From positions 3,469,826 to 3,533,825 of the forward strand of contig BDGG01000002.1 of assembly GCA_001949185.1 (NCBI GenBank): a DNA stretch of 64,000 bases, written 5' to 3'. Shown piece after piece: positions 26,490 through 38,277 of the stretch. The DNA comes from Ramazzottius varieornatus. Lineage: Eukaryota > Animalia > Tardigrada. The notes beneath the pieces were generated by a model. That model saw only the letters and a list, made by a program, of their open reading frames with translations, was not told the DNA's origin and did no database searches. The stretch's first letter is position 1, and every line of letters starts with the position of its first letter. The position numbers and the translations under genes were made by a program.

Positions 26490-29082
26490 AGAGTATATAC
26501 TATAGCTGTTGGAACTGTAGAGAGTAGGGTTATTTTACATCGGCAATAAACGGACGTAAAAAAGTACGGAACGACCTTTTTGGTTGGGGTGATGATTGTC
26601 CCAAACGAGTATAGCCCGACTATACTGGAGCTAATTTTGAGCGGTTCGTTAACAAACGAGATGGACACTCAAAATGAGCTTTAGTGGCGCTAATAATAAT
26701 TGCTCTTTCTTCATCGGTAGAAACGGCTAGAAGCAAATTAAAAATTAATGTTATAAGTTTGCAAAATGGCTCGTCATAACCTCTAAAGGGTCCGTATAAA
26801 CCAGGCTAACGCTAGGAGAGAATATATGGCTCATGTGCCATAAAGCGCTAAAAGGAACGAAAATGCTCGACCGATGAATAGCACGACAAAACTTTGGCGA
26901 CAGAAATGACTCTTCTCCTCAGCCTTTAACGGCGGAGTGTAAATATCAAAAGCACCAGTCGCAAAACTTTACTGGCCAGCGAAAAACCTCCCTGGTTTCA
27001 AGGAGGGTCTCTCAGCCATAGCGACGGCTCTTTCCATCGTGATCATGCGCTGACTGTCGCTTGTGCCTCCATATTCGATCGATTACCGAAGAAGTACTTT
27101 TATCGGACCTTTATCACCACTTGGATGAGTTGATGGCAGCCTGTGGCACAATTGCTATCGCTTTTACTGGACTCGATCGTACGAACCTAACTTGGTACAT
27201 TCCGTCAAATCGTCAACGCCACGTTTTTTCGCTCAGCTTCTCGACCTAAGGTTTCAGTCCAACGTCGGCTTCACAAATGGGCCGGAAATTTTTCAGTGCG
27301 TTTGAATGCAAATGCGACTAATACAGGCAGAAATTTCAGTCGAAGGCTAGTTGAATAGTCTGGTGAAAAACCTGTTCAATTCTTTATTCACCGGTTGAGG
27401 AAATCCCCTACGAGCGGTCATCCATGTCAAGTCATGTTATTGTCACATACAAGAGCATGCAATGCATCAAGGACTTGTGTTCTGACCGATCGTCCCAGCT
27501 AAAAAGAAATTTCGCGTTGTTCTTTCTCGAACTTATAGAAATTCTGACGTTTCAAAATACTTTATACGCAGCACCAAGCTCCTGACAATGAACGAGGCCT
27601 TTGATGTGCTTTTCTACGATTCTCGCTGCACAACTTGGCTCGCTGGTCTACCATCACCTGCGTTATTTCATAGTGCGGAGACGGAGGCTGATAATACCGC
27701 CGACTTTTATAATTTAGAAAGCGGGACGGATGCAGCGGCCCGAAAGCATTCAAGTCCTGATTACGTTATTGCCCTCACTCGCCGATCCTTAACTGAAGAA
27801 GATGTGACACAGCGCGAGCCATATAAAAATTAGGCGGTGCCGTAACTGGCCGACAGCGCTCTTCTTTGATGCAATTGTCTGCCAGTAACGGGCGCTATCA
27901 CCTTCATTAGTAGCCTCATAGAGCACAAATGTCCTGACAAACTGCTTGTTTGTCCCCTCACCCTCCCTTGCTCCTTCGGTAGGACAGTTGGTCTTTTCTT
28001 CACCGCTCATAAATTTCTACCTTCGGGAAAAATTCGTAGGAAAAGCTGAAGATGACTAGCCGTCCATGGATCGGTGAAATTCATACAATACGTTCTTTCC
28101 GTTCCTTTGACGATTTCTTCCGTGAGTACGTTGAGCGTTCTACGCTGTGTACCATGGGGTTTGAGTCAGGGCGAGTATTTTCAGTTTTCCACCGTAGTCG
28201 ACCCGAAATAAGTGAGCATTTGGCCGACGATGGTTTTTACGATTTCAGTTGAGCTAAAAGGCTGGCTAATAAAATCGTCCAGGCGTACTTTGAGCAAATA
28301 AAAGCGCAAATAGACCGCCATAGCTTTTAGCTAGCGCCTAGCGGAAAGGGTCTTGGTGCGCGGGATGTCGTGCTGGCAAGAGACAAACATTTGATTAGAA
28401 CGCGCCAGCATGGAGGACTTTATGGTTCCCGTCTTGAGGCCATTAAAGTCAGCCTGCATCACGGAACTTCTTTCAAGAAGCTATTTACGACATGGAAGGT
28501 CCTTTTATGACGGAATATTGGCCTGCACGCCGTACAGCGTATATCGCACATGCACTTTGCATCCCCACATGTGAACAGCGCCATTCGCAAAGAGCCGAAA
28601 TGAACCATCCGCCATCACGCTATATACAGTCGTTAAACGTTTCCTTGTTTATTCATTCCGCTGCACTGACGAGCTGATCTGTCCTCAATTTACAAAACAG
28701 ATTTTCATCGCGTTTATCGAGGTCAACATTTAATGCCCATGCAATGGCGGAAGGAAGACGTGAGGTAACTCTCGATTGCCAGTTTGAATGACCTTTGCCA
28801 TGTACAGCACGAAAGACTGACCTCTGATGTGACTCGGTTTAGACAGGAGCTGGCCGAGGGCAGAAGTAGTTAAATGGTTAGTACTTAGGACAGCATTCTC
28901 GCCGATCGTTTCTCACAGGTGTTCACTGCACAAGTTAGAACGGGTACGGTGAAACTCAGAATGCTTCTGGGGGACTGCTTCATTGAAAGGTTTCTTGGGT
29001 GTTCTTGATGACCTGCTGGCTCAGTATTGAACTAAACTCCGCTAGTCCTCAGAATACTTACTAAGTTGCGATATGGCTGACA

Positions 29083-29961
29083 CGCTCACGGCTCATGGGC
29101 ACCCGTGGTTTTCCTTTGCTGCCTTGTACCACTCAGTCCCGCCGTTCAATTTTCGTGATTCAAAACGTATTTGGTAGGAGAAGACTTGAGCTTTTCGATC
29201 ACGTGACGTTCCGGTCGCCCGTTCAATCAATCAACCGGTGAGCACTGATGGTCGAACAAAGATATGAGGGTCATTTTTGGTTATCCGTCTCCCGTCACTT
29301 GATAAGATTTTGGAAAATCCTGAAAGGCCAAAATGTAGCTCATACATCGGTCTATTTATTACAGCAAAAGAAATCCTCAGCAAGAATTTTTTGCAAAAGT
29401 TTACCCTACTGGGTCTACGGCCTGGTTTTTGACGTTCTCAATGGATGATTTACTTCGACCCAGTATGCCTTCCTTTGTTCTCGTCCCATTTCCGAGAAGT
29501 GCATTTTCGCAAGTAGCACCGAGTTCAGTCTGTCGAATGAGCATGCTTTGGATCTGTAGGCTCCTAGATGGGCAAGATAGCAAAGAATCGACTGAGAATC
29601 GCTTGAATTTGTTCGGAAAGGTAGGCTGTAAACCCCGTACGGTAAAATTTTGCAAGAATGTTCACTGGGGTTCCGTTTGCTGTACTGGATAGACCAATGC
29701 ATGGGCTACGTTTTGGCCGTTTAAGATTTTCCAAAATCTTATCAAGTGACGGGAGACGGATAACCAAAAATGACCCTCATATCTTTGTTCGACCATCAGT
29801 GCTCACCGGCTGACTGGTTGAACAGGCGACCGGAACGTCACGTGATCAGAAAGCTCGAGTCTTCTCCTACCAAGTACATTTTGAATTACGAAATTGGACG
29901 ACCGGATTGAGAGATACAAGGAGCCAAAGGAAAATCACGGGTACCCATGAGACCATGAGTG
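29083..29961. repeat. Long foldback / inverted repeat (~340-360-bp arms, ~140-200-bp spacer)
   Basis: 29235-29319 is the exact reverse complement of 29725-29809 (85 bp). Imperfect complementarity extends out to ~29083/29961 and in to ~29420-29445/29586-29620. Confidence 0.92.
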
Positions 29962-30769
29962 CCTACAGGTACCTCTTCAGCGTGACTGTAATAGATGAGA
30001 ACGAATGTCGTGAATTGTGATCCACTTCCAGCAGCGCCACCTGTGGGAAATCTTTTCTACCGGTATCAAAACAGCACAATGCGCTCCGAGTAACCAGTCA
30101 GCGGTAAAATTAATATTTGTGCTAGTTCACCTCTAGACTCGTGTCCTGTACACGTGCACTACTCCAGTCAGTCCAGATACAGATAACAGGTGCTGTATTC
30201 CTGTTGGTTGTTGGTTGTTATCGGCGCAAATTTTTCGATATGGTGTCGTTGTAGCCACCTACTGCTTTGACTCATCAGCTTATTACGTAGAGGGATCCGC
30301 TGATATCGAGAGGAGTGACCCACTTCGATCTGACCTCGCGTCAGTAAACTGACTTCCAGACGTCCGGGATCCATCGAGCAATAGCAAAACCCTGCGCACC
30401 CCTGATCAGAACCTCCCAGGCATCTTTGGATTTGTCAAAAACTTTAGGGGGTAGAAAGTAAGTAGGCAAAGCCATGCACGAAAAACAAATTCGACATCAT
30501 ATTCCCGAAAAACGGCCCAGCACGGTATCCGTTACTTCGAAACTGGATCCATGTCCATGCCATTTAATCAGATGCCGCGATCGCCACACGTTGCACCAAA
30601 CGAAGAATATTTCCCGAAATGTAAAGAACAGAAGCAGCTGCGAGATGAAGAAAGTCAAACTGAAGCTTTCCGAGGAAGTGCTGACAAAGAGCTGTGTAAT
30701 AGCTTTAATGAGGAAACTTAAGGTGTCTTTATCGCTTATTTTATTACCTTTCGGGGCAACTTTTTCTTT

Positions 30770-31500
30770 CATTGTGTGCCGCCGAGTGGCGCTTGTGGCT
30801 GTTGCAGCGTTGATTCCAGTGTCATAATTTTCGTCCATCGACCAGTTTTTTTCCCGTTTTGTAGTGCAGTACTTTCGCCCATGATTAACGTCTGCGCCTT
30901 TCGCCATCCTTTGCGATTAGAAGTGATGCCGAAACGATATTCACTATCTGACTTCCCCAAGTATTTTTATTAGCTTCCTTCCAATTTTTCACACGGCGAA
31001 CTCCCATCAATTATTTCTCCTCGACGCTTCTTTCATGCTGCTCCAGCAAGCGTTCGTTCATCAGTTTTACTGGGCTAGGAGTACTCCCCTGCATGTTTGA
31101 AAGATTGAACGTACAAGGCCCGGCATAAGGTCTTGTACAAGCCCTCACCATGAGCCGGCGTTCAAAGTGTGCCCGAGGAACATGTTTGTGAACGGGACTC
31201 TGGAGAACACCGATTATTATTCAGCTATTAAAATTTTACGACGTCGTAATTGTACGTCGCGAGGAAATTCTATGCGTGTCCCACACCATACTTCGTAGAG
31301 CAATCGTCGTCGGCTCTGCTGAACATCACTTTCTACGGGGTCTAGTGTCCGAAGAAGCACGGCACTTACGTACGATCTTTCCAGAATTTCATATCGACGA
31401 CACGCCGCCGCGGTTTCACAAGTCATCTATCCCACAACTACTCGCACTGCACCTTCACTTCCACGTCCTAACTGGACCGACAAAGTGTACCTACAGCAGG
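30770..31500 (-). pseudogene. Possible highly degraded Tc1/mariner-like transposase relic
   Basis: Broken frames include SRRRLLYEVWCGTRIEF and VHKHVPRAHFERRLMVRAC, loosely like the regions around the first catalytic Asp and the MVWA/G motif. No intact DDE/D triad or TIRs found. Confidence 0.2.
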
Positions 31501-31682
31501 TCGAAAGTACGGTTCGCATCGTAGAACAGGAGCGAAAATGGGCTCATTCTCGACATCTTATGGATTCCGTAAAATGCTTTAACACGTCCTGGCCAGTGTA
31601 GTTCTCAGAAATCGTTTCAGTGTATGTGTTAGTTTTCTTTTTATTCCAAGCGGGAAAGTTTTGGGAGCCCTTCGATTCATAC

Positions 31683-31974
31683 TAGTGATGTTCTAATATA
31701 GAAATATTGTAGTAAATTAAGTCATAGTAATTGATTTTCCATCTAGTATTCTTAACATTATTATATTAAGCGCACCGAACCCAAAAATAGAATATAAGTA
31801 TTATATCAGATGCAAAATGGTCCTTCAACTCACTACAGTATATTAAATTAAAAGTAGTGATATAGATGCGAAAAGCATCTACTATATTTAGTAATATCGT
31901 ATTAGGATTCGGTTGGAGGACGAATATTTGGTAACAGAGAGCAGATAAACTTTTGGCTTATTGGAACATCACCG
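31683..31974. mobile_element. AT-rich hAT-type MITE with 8-bp TSD
   Basis: TIRs TAGTGATGTTCTAATA / TATTGGAACATCACCG; 8-bp duplication ATTCATAC at 31675-31682 and 31975-31982. Confidence 0.82.
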
Positions 31975-32223
31975 ATTCATACCGTAGATTTTCAGAGATA
32001 GCTCCACATGGGCATCATTTAACTAAGGCAGCAGAAGCACCGACTACTAATTATACGGATACTTTTACTGTACGCAGGTTCACAGGGTGATGCATCTGAA
32101 TTACCTCAACGTCTAGGGTATTCGACAAAAAACAGATAAATTAGAAAAGTCTAATTAAAAGTAGCAATGTAGAAGTTTAATTAGAAAAGTATTAATCATT
32201 AGACTTATCAGAACAGTCCCTTC

Positions 32224-33530
32224 TTACTGGAACTTCTTGAGCGCCGCCACCACTCTTTCCGGGTTGGGGTGCTCGGCTACCGCACTAACGTGATATCCAG
32301 CCGACTCGAGCGCCTTTGCCGTAGTTGGTCCGATGGCCACGTACTATTCCAAGAACCGAGTATACTGTACATTTGCAATCAGAGAGCTTGGAATGAGTCA
32401 TGAGCAACATACCTTGGTCTGTTTGAAAGCAATACTTTCCGCTCGAAGGATCTGATCCATGAACTGGACCCCGGAAGGACTGAAGAAGACATTCACGTCG
32501 GGGAAACCCTGTAGGAAAAATACTTCACGACTCACGAGCAAGAAACAGTCTTAACAAATATTGAGCGAATGACCGACTTACCAAGGTGGCGATTTGATCA
32601 CGAACTAAGGCTACTAAATTAGGATGAGCCGTAGTCTCGTAGCACTCCAGGAATTCCACAGGTATGTCTTTAGAAAAACAAAAACTTAGATGAGAAATAA
32701 TAGTGGACTAACCGGATGCCACCTTACCGTGCTCGAGAAGAGCTACGCGGAGAGTTTCCAAGCGGAGATTCCCGCAAGGAAACAGTAACTTGATCTGATG
32801 CTTGCTCTTGTTAGCTTTGATTACTTCAGCAAGCGCAGCTTCGTTCCCGGAATTCTCTCCCATAATATTCGTGAGTCCCACATTGCCTGCGAAATCCATA
32901 AAACAATGAAACGTTGGCAAATGATTTCACCCAGATCGTTACCTCAAGTGACGCACAGTTTCGTTGTTATTGCGTGCGAATGTGCGCCATTCGGGAAAGT
33001 GTTCTGAGTGAATTCCTTTATCGCGTCCTAAACGGAAATGATTGAAGAAGTTGTACTGATCGAGCTTACGTGCTTCTGCGGCGGTTCCTTCGCCGATCGC
33101 ATACACTGGCTTTTGGTTCCATTTGGCGAGGTTGGCCTTCCAGTCTGAAACTTGGGAAGTAGAGACACAACATCCCAGTTGCGATAGTTTCTTGTGAGCT
33201 TTACCTCCTTCCAAGGTTCGTTCGGCGATGGCGAGGGCGTCGACGGCTCTTGGGGTGGTCAGTATCAGGCCGGAGTAAGAGTCAGGTCGCATCAGGGCTT
33301 CTTGTAGCTCGGGTACTCCTCTGTCTTGGAAGTTCAACACTGGAATCAGCGCAGTCCTCCACCCTGCATTCGTTAAAGCCTAAAAGGAACCAAAGAGTCA
33401 CAGATTATGCTTTCAAAAATTTCAAATTCACGAGATACTGCATAATCATACTCGGTTGTAGGCGTCTTCGCTATCCGGTGATCGAATCGACTTGTAGACA
33501 AAAGCCAGCGGCTTCTTCTTGTCCGGATCT
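32224..33530 (-). CDS. UROS: Uroporphyrinogen-III synthase domain; appears to be the C-terminal half of an NMNAT-UROS fusion
   Basis: Exons give DPDKKKPLAFVYKSIRSPDSEDAYNR|ALTNAGWRTALIPVLNF...YSGLILTTPRAVDA...|WNQKPVYAIGEGTA|GENSGNEAALA...LLFPCGNL|VEFLECYETTAHP|FFSPSGV|YVAIGPTTAKAL...HPNPE, stop TAA 32224-32226. No in-frame ATG upstream of 33530. Confidence 0.92.
32911..33015. repeat. Palindromic repeat family copy in UROS intron
   Basis: ACGTTGGCAAATGATTTCACCCAGATCGTTACCTCAAGTGACGCAC ... GTGCGCCATTCGGGAAAG. Confidence 0.72.
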
Positions 33531-33592
33531 CTAAGGATGAAACAAATCTAACCAGGGCTGCCACGGCAAGAAAAGACATTATCAAATGTCGC

Positions 33593-34713
33593 TTACAAGT
33601 TGGGGTCTTCAAGGTAAATACGCTCTTCCTCAATGAATTCAGCGACGTTCATGGGCACGATCATGCCGATGCACTGTCCTTGACGGACAGCTTCACGGAC
33701 CGCTGTGGACGAAACTTGGTTCTTGAACCATTCCGGAACCACCACGATATCTTCCTAGAGAAGAACCTCCTGGCCAGCGATAGAGAAGTCAAGTAGAAAA
33801 AACCTTACCGCATATCTGGTCAAGTTGGAGTGACGGAGGATCTCTTCGATGTTGCTACCTTCTCGGGCGATACAAACGATTCCGAACTTCTTGCAGATAG
33901 TGTCAAGCTACATGATTAAAAGGACGAATTGGAGGCTCGTTAATGTATCCACAAAAAGGAGCTTAAGACTGAACTTACGTGTTCTTCCTTCCACAAACCG
34001 GGAACCGTGAACGATTCAATGACATCACTACCGCACAGCAGCATGACTTGCACATGTTCGTCCGTCTCCAGTTCTCTAGCATCCTTGGCGATCTTGGTAG
34101 TAATCTCGTTGTCGGTCTGCCCACCATTGCAGACAACTTGATGGTACTCCAGCGTCTCGATAGTACGCGACCATGTTTTCTGTTCCGTCTCCCATTTGGA
34201 CGACCTACGAAAAAGATGCAGTGAACATTATATCCCAAGCCCAGGTTATCTCGCGCATGACATGACAAACAACCTGGACAAAGTAACGAGTCTGCACAAC
34301 CCTACGCGCCACCTGAAAAAGAATTCATTCAATCGATGTCTCGCGTGTTAGCTTACTTTAGCCACGGTAAATTGTGTTCCTCCAGCGCCAGCTCCACCAT
34401 TCGACAACGCTGCCTTGCGGTAGCTAGGTTCTATAACAGGATGCAAACCTTTCGAAGATGAAACATGGCATGTTCGGGACTGGAATTGGCTCACCTTCTT
34501 TTTATAGTCATCGTGGACTGGGGAAATGATGCCTCCGATGACATTCCATTGAAGCTTGTTGTAGAGATAATCCTTTGCCAGAACTGAAACACATCACAAC
34601 CGATAAAGACATGGGGCATACAGGATTTTTACGCGATCCTTACCGAACATGCGTAGGTGCATGAAGGTGACTGGATTGAAACTTCCGACGCAAACGAGGG
34701 CGACTTTCTTCAT
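33593..34713 (-). CDS. NMNAT: Nicotinamide/nicotinate mononucleotide adenylyltransferase (6 coding exons)
   Basis: MKKVALVCVGSFNPVTFMHLRMF|VLAKDYL...GGIISPVHDDYKKK|NLATARQRCRMVELA...W|WETEQKTWSRTIETLEYH...MLLCGSDVIESFTVPGLWKEEH|FGIVCIAREG|NQVSSTAVREAV...IYLEDPNL*. Contains GSFNP..xMH and the SST motif. Not recovered by the ORF track. Confidence 0.93.
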
Positions 34714-35599
34714 CTCGAAAGCTGAAAACTTTTCGCTCGGCGAAATGCTGCTCCGCTGTAGATAGGGCTATCCAAAGTCCTTACCTAGCTGTTGTAGGGC
34801 CGAAACTGAGGCCTATAATATAGACAATAGCAGCCTTGGCAGGATGAGGATGGAGAAAATGGGAAGCAGAGGCTGCAGAGAAACCGGAAAAGAAGAAGTG
34901 TTTTAACACTAATGGGATTTTTTCCAAACCGGAATCACAATCAAACGAATCAGTCTAAGGAAACATTCTGAGCCGTAGTAGTGATAACGCAGCGCATCGT
35001 TGAAACAGGGTGGTAATTCCCGGTCCAGTACGGTATTGTGATCGAGGGTGTACGAAACTGGGTCTGCCCAGTAACCCGGGTGCGATTTCCCACTATGTTG
35101 CCGTACAGTACAGTATTGAGTATTCACTATTCAGGTGTCAGGACCCTATAGGCTCTAGCGTCACTACGTGACGCATGACGTAATATCTACCCTACGCACC
35201 AACATAATCATTCTGAACTCCGTCTGGGAAGGTAAGACGTAGTGCGGCGGCCATAACGCAAAACATTCAGTTTCGCTACACCTTCTCGCAGCTGCTGCAT
35301 CCGGATGAAACAGTTCTTTACCGCATCAACAGAAGCAGAAAGCATAAAGCTAATCTTAAAGACCCCATGTCAAATCCCAGAGAAAAGTTCCAATACAGCT
35401 GGATGAATAATTTGACGAAAGTCGGAACTTCACACAGTATGAAGGTAAAATGGGTAGAATGTCACGGCAGCCGCAAAATGTCAGCACAGCTTGGTTGTTC
35501 TTCTCTCAGCAGACGAAAACTCTATGTAACTCTGAGCATAGCGAAGCTGTGGAGAACAGAAGAAAGAACAGTCCAGGATTCCTCCGTCCGGGATGAATG

Positions 35600-35845
35600 T
35601 TAGCATCTGATGCCTGTTCCGATAGCCATAAATGTCCCGAAAGTTCCACCACCTTGGATCATGGTCTTGCCAACGTGTTGTATGAGTTCCCGTCCTCTGA
35701 AACCTGCTCTTAAAGCTCCAAACCCACCAAACAACGCTCCGGACGCCATCCCAACGCAAAAGCCAATTCCAAAGCCCAGCTTCATCCTGTCGAAACAGCT
35801 GGGTTGTTGAGCACCGCGGTGCTGAGGTACAGCGGCAACGGGCAT
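35600..35845 (-). CDS. ROMO1: Reactive oxygen species modulator 1 (Mgr2/ROMO1)
   Basis: MPVA...[28 protein letters not shown]...RGRELI...[23 protein letters not shown], the characteristic family sequence. Confidence 0.96.
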   Translation of the reverse strand: MPVAAVPQHRGAQQPSCFDRMKLGFGIGFCVGMASGALFGGFGALRAGFRGRELIQHVGKTMIQGGGTFGTFMAIGTGIRC

Positions 35846-36310
35846 CTTGAGAAGTCCAAAGGAACGATCAAGTCTTCGATCGCTTCCACCAACTCTGTCC
35901 GGTCTCCAGAAGCTCTTACTAGGTGTTCAAGCTGAGGTGAAGAGTATAAAAACGGAAGGAAGGATGGATACTGTAATAACTGTATTGAAGAGAAATCAGA
36001 CAGCGTCACAGCGACAGACTGAAAAATCAACAATCAAAATTAAATCTCAAATGACTCAAACGGTCGAAAGGTTGCGATAAAACGGATTTTTTTGCTGTCC
36101 ACATCACGTCGGTTGAACCGAGTCGGTTCTTCGCAGGATGTTCGACTGATTGAAGGCTGTTGATTGTTATGGTTCGTTACCCTAGGAACTTTTCCTAAAA
36201 GTTTTTGGAATACCAATTTTCTCTTCCCCTTCCCCCAAGAATCCTGTTGGACGTCGCTGTGTGATTCGTTCGCTGCACATTACGATGCTCCTGCCGTTCG
36301 TACTCTGTAG

Positions 36311-37744
36311 ATGGATTCAACGGATGGCCCTCATAAGGTGAAAGTGTCGAATGGCGCTCGAAGTAAGGAGGCTGTGGACAAACTGGTTGGGGAGATCGAA
36401 AAGTATGTTTCTAAGCTAAATTGTGGTTTCGCCTCGATTTGTGTGGCAAATGCGCACTCGTGGTAACTCACAAAAATGGTTCCAGGTCGGAAGCAGAAGC
36501 CAGGGTACTCCTTCGCGATTTGAAGAAGTTCTTCGAGGTTCAAGATAGTAAGATCATTTGGGAGCTGGGTGAACAAAATGTAAAACATCTTCGTCTCAAG
36601 CGGCGCGCGGTTTCGTTTCTAGTGCCTAGAAAGGTGCGCCGCTCGAGAAAACAATCATGTACGTTTTGTGCCCGGCTCTCATCTCTAGATGGAACTCCCA
36701 AAGACAAACGGTTTGGCTTCACGGTTTTTTTTTCGTTTTAGGGTGTTAACCTATGCTTCCTTATCATTTCAGATATCCGAAAGAGCGAAATCAAACTCGT
36801 CTCGGGCTTGAGGAAGAATTCGACCGTCTCCGGTGCTAAGTCGGCATCCGCTGGGCTCGTCACTGTGATTCACCGTTGGTCCGACTTCCTGCAAGATTTA
36901 AAATCGCTAGTAAATTAGTTTACACTATCAACACTTTCGTTTCGAGCTTCCGTATTTTATTATGACTGGATACCGCTGTTTGTCTTGCAGGTGGGGAAGC
37001 TGGACTCTGCTTCCTCAGATTCGCTGAAAGAGTGAGTGAAGATTTACAGTGGAGCTCTGCGGCGTACGCTGCTATTTCAGTGATTTTCAGGTACTTGGGA
37101 CTGATATCAACGTACCGCGCTGGCGTGAAAAGGCTTGACAATGCTGTCCAGGTAATACTGTAATGGAAAGACCCTCAGACACATTTAAAACTAGAATGTA
37201 TCTTGAATTTGCAGGACCAGGCTCGGGCGTCAGCGAGATGGAAGAAAGTGGAGAAGGAGGGAAAGTATTCTGTCACAACCGCAAAGTTGGCCGAGGTAAG
37301 GTCACCTGTCTTTGCTTTTCAGGAAGGATGTCTCCGTTTTGGAGGACTGACGATCATACGTTTTGTTTAGTTGACTAGGGAGCTGACGGAGGCGGAAATA
37401 GCGGTGGACAGTTTAACCGCTGGTTTAGAGAGAAAGCTTCAGTGTGTGCTGGACAAATCGAACGAGTTCTTCCCGCCGTTGATGACGACAATTGCGGCGA
37501 ACCAGGTGCTTTTTCCTCGTTCGGGAGCTTTGAGGTTTCCGCTTGTGCAAGCTTATATTCTTTTTTCTAGCGGGAGCTCTACCAGGTTTCTTACAAAGAA
37601 TACGACTGCTTGAGTCGGGTGATCAACCAGCAGTCTTCCATCAGTGAGAGAGAGCTGGAAGAGCGAACCCGGAACCTCTTGATGGAACTGGACGCTCTAT
37701 CGATCGTTGACAAGCCGAAAGACGCACCTTCGGGAGTTCCTTGA
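36311..37744 (+). CDS. BIN3: N-BAR domain protein, BIN3-like (divergent), multi-exon
   Basis: Spliced reading ARVLLRDLKKFFE...DSLKEYLGLISTYRAGVKRLDNAVQDQARASARWKKVEKEGKYSVTTAKLAE...FFPPLMTTIAANQ...LLMELDALSIVD aligns by eye with BIN3 (AVKRREQALQDY; YFQPSFESLIRAQ; LSELRALSIV). Confidence 0.65.
36590..36656. repeat. Palindromic repeat family copy in BIN3-like intron
   Basis: TCGTCTCAAGCGGCGCGC ... GTGCGCCGCTCGAGAAAACAATC. Confidence 0.68.
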
Positions 37745-38277
37745 AGGGGAACGGTTGGATGCTTCTTTCGAGTTCACGTTTATCCTTTTTGCCCGTCTTG
37801 CGGACTTCACTCTGTTGTTCGGTACTGGTAATGCCTGAAATCCCCCTGTGATATTGATCGGTATTGATTTTTCTTTCTCTGAGTAAGATTCTGCTTTTCT
37901 CAAGACGTTTGGTTGATTTTTTCTGTCCAGACGAAATTTCCTCTTGTCACAAAACGGTTGGATTTTGCCGATGGTTGCACTTTAATCTTACTTCGCCGAA
38001 GTCGTGAAGAGGTAATTACCAAGCAGGGGCGAATTCAAATCCAGATGGATGAATATCGAAAAACGAGGAAAGTTAAGCTTACAAGAAACAACAAGAGTGA
38101 AAATTAGCGTTTTTTGAGCGATCTGCACCAAAGAAAAAGAAAAAGCTATTCTAACCGACAAAATTCTGAACCACCTAGAAGAGCAGTCCAGTCAAAACAG
38201 CGCACGCAAAAAAGGTACAGGAGGAGGAGAGAGATTGTCCCATAGCCAAAAGTTTTGGCACAGAAAACCACAGTTCA

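Noticed and set aside
17264-32200. Hox-associated microRNAs (miR-10, miR-993, iab-4/iab-8, miR-196) near the Abd-B pair
   Set aside because: Scanning by eye found no match to the mature sequences. The closest look-alike (TACCCCTGTATTGGACC near 25385) lacks the correct sequence and a hairpin. A proper search could still find divergent ones.
33373-33633. ORF MSFLAVAALVRF... as a separate UROS N-terminus or targeting peptide
   Set aside because: It is in a different frame from the UROS-homologous exon and runs to a stop in the next intron, so it cannot supply the UROS start.
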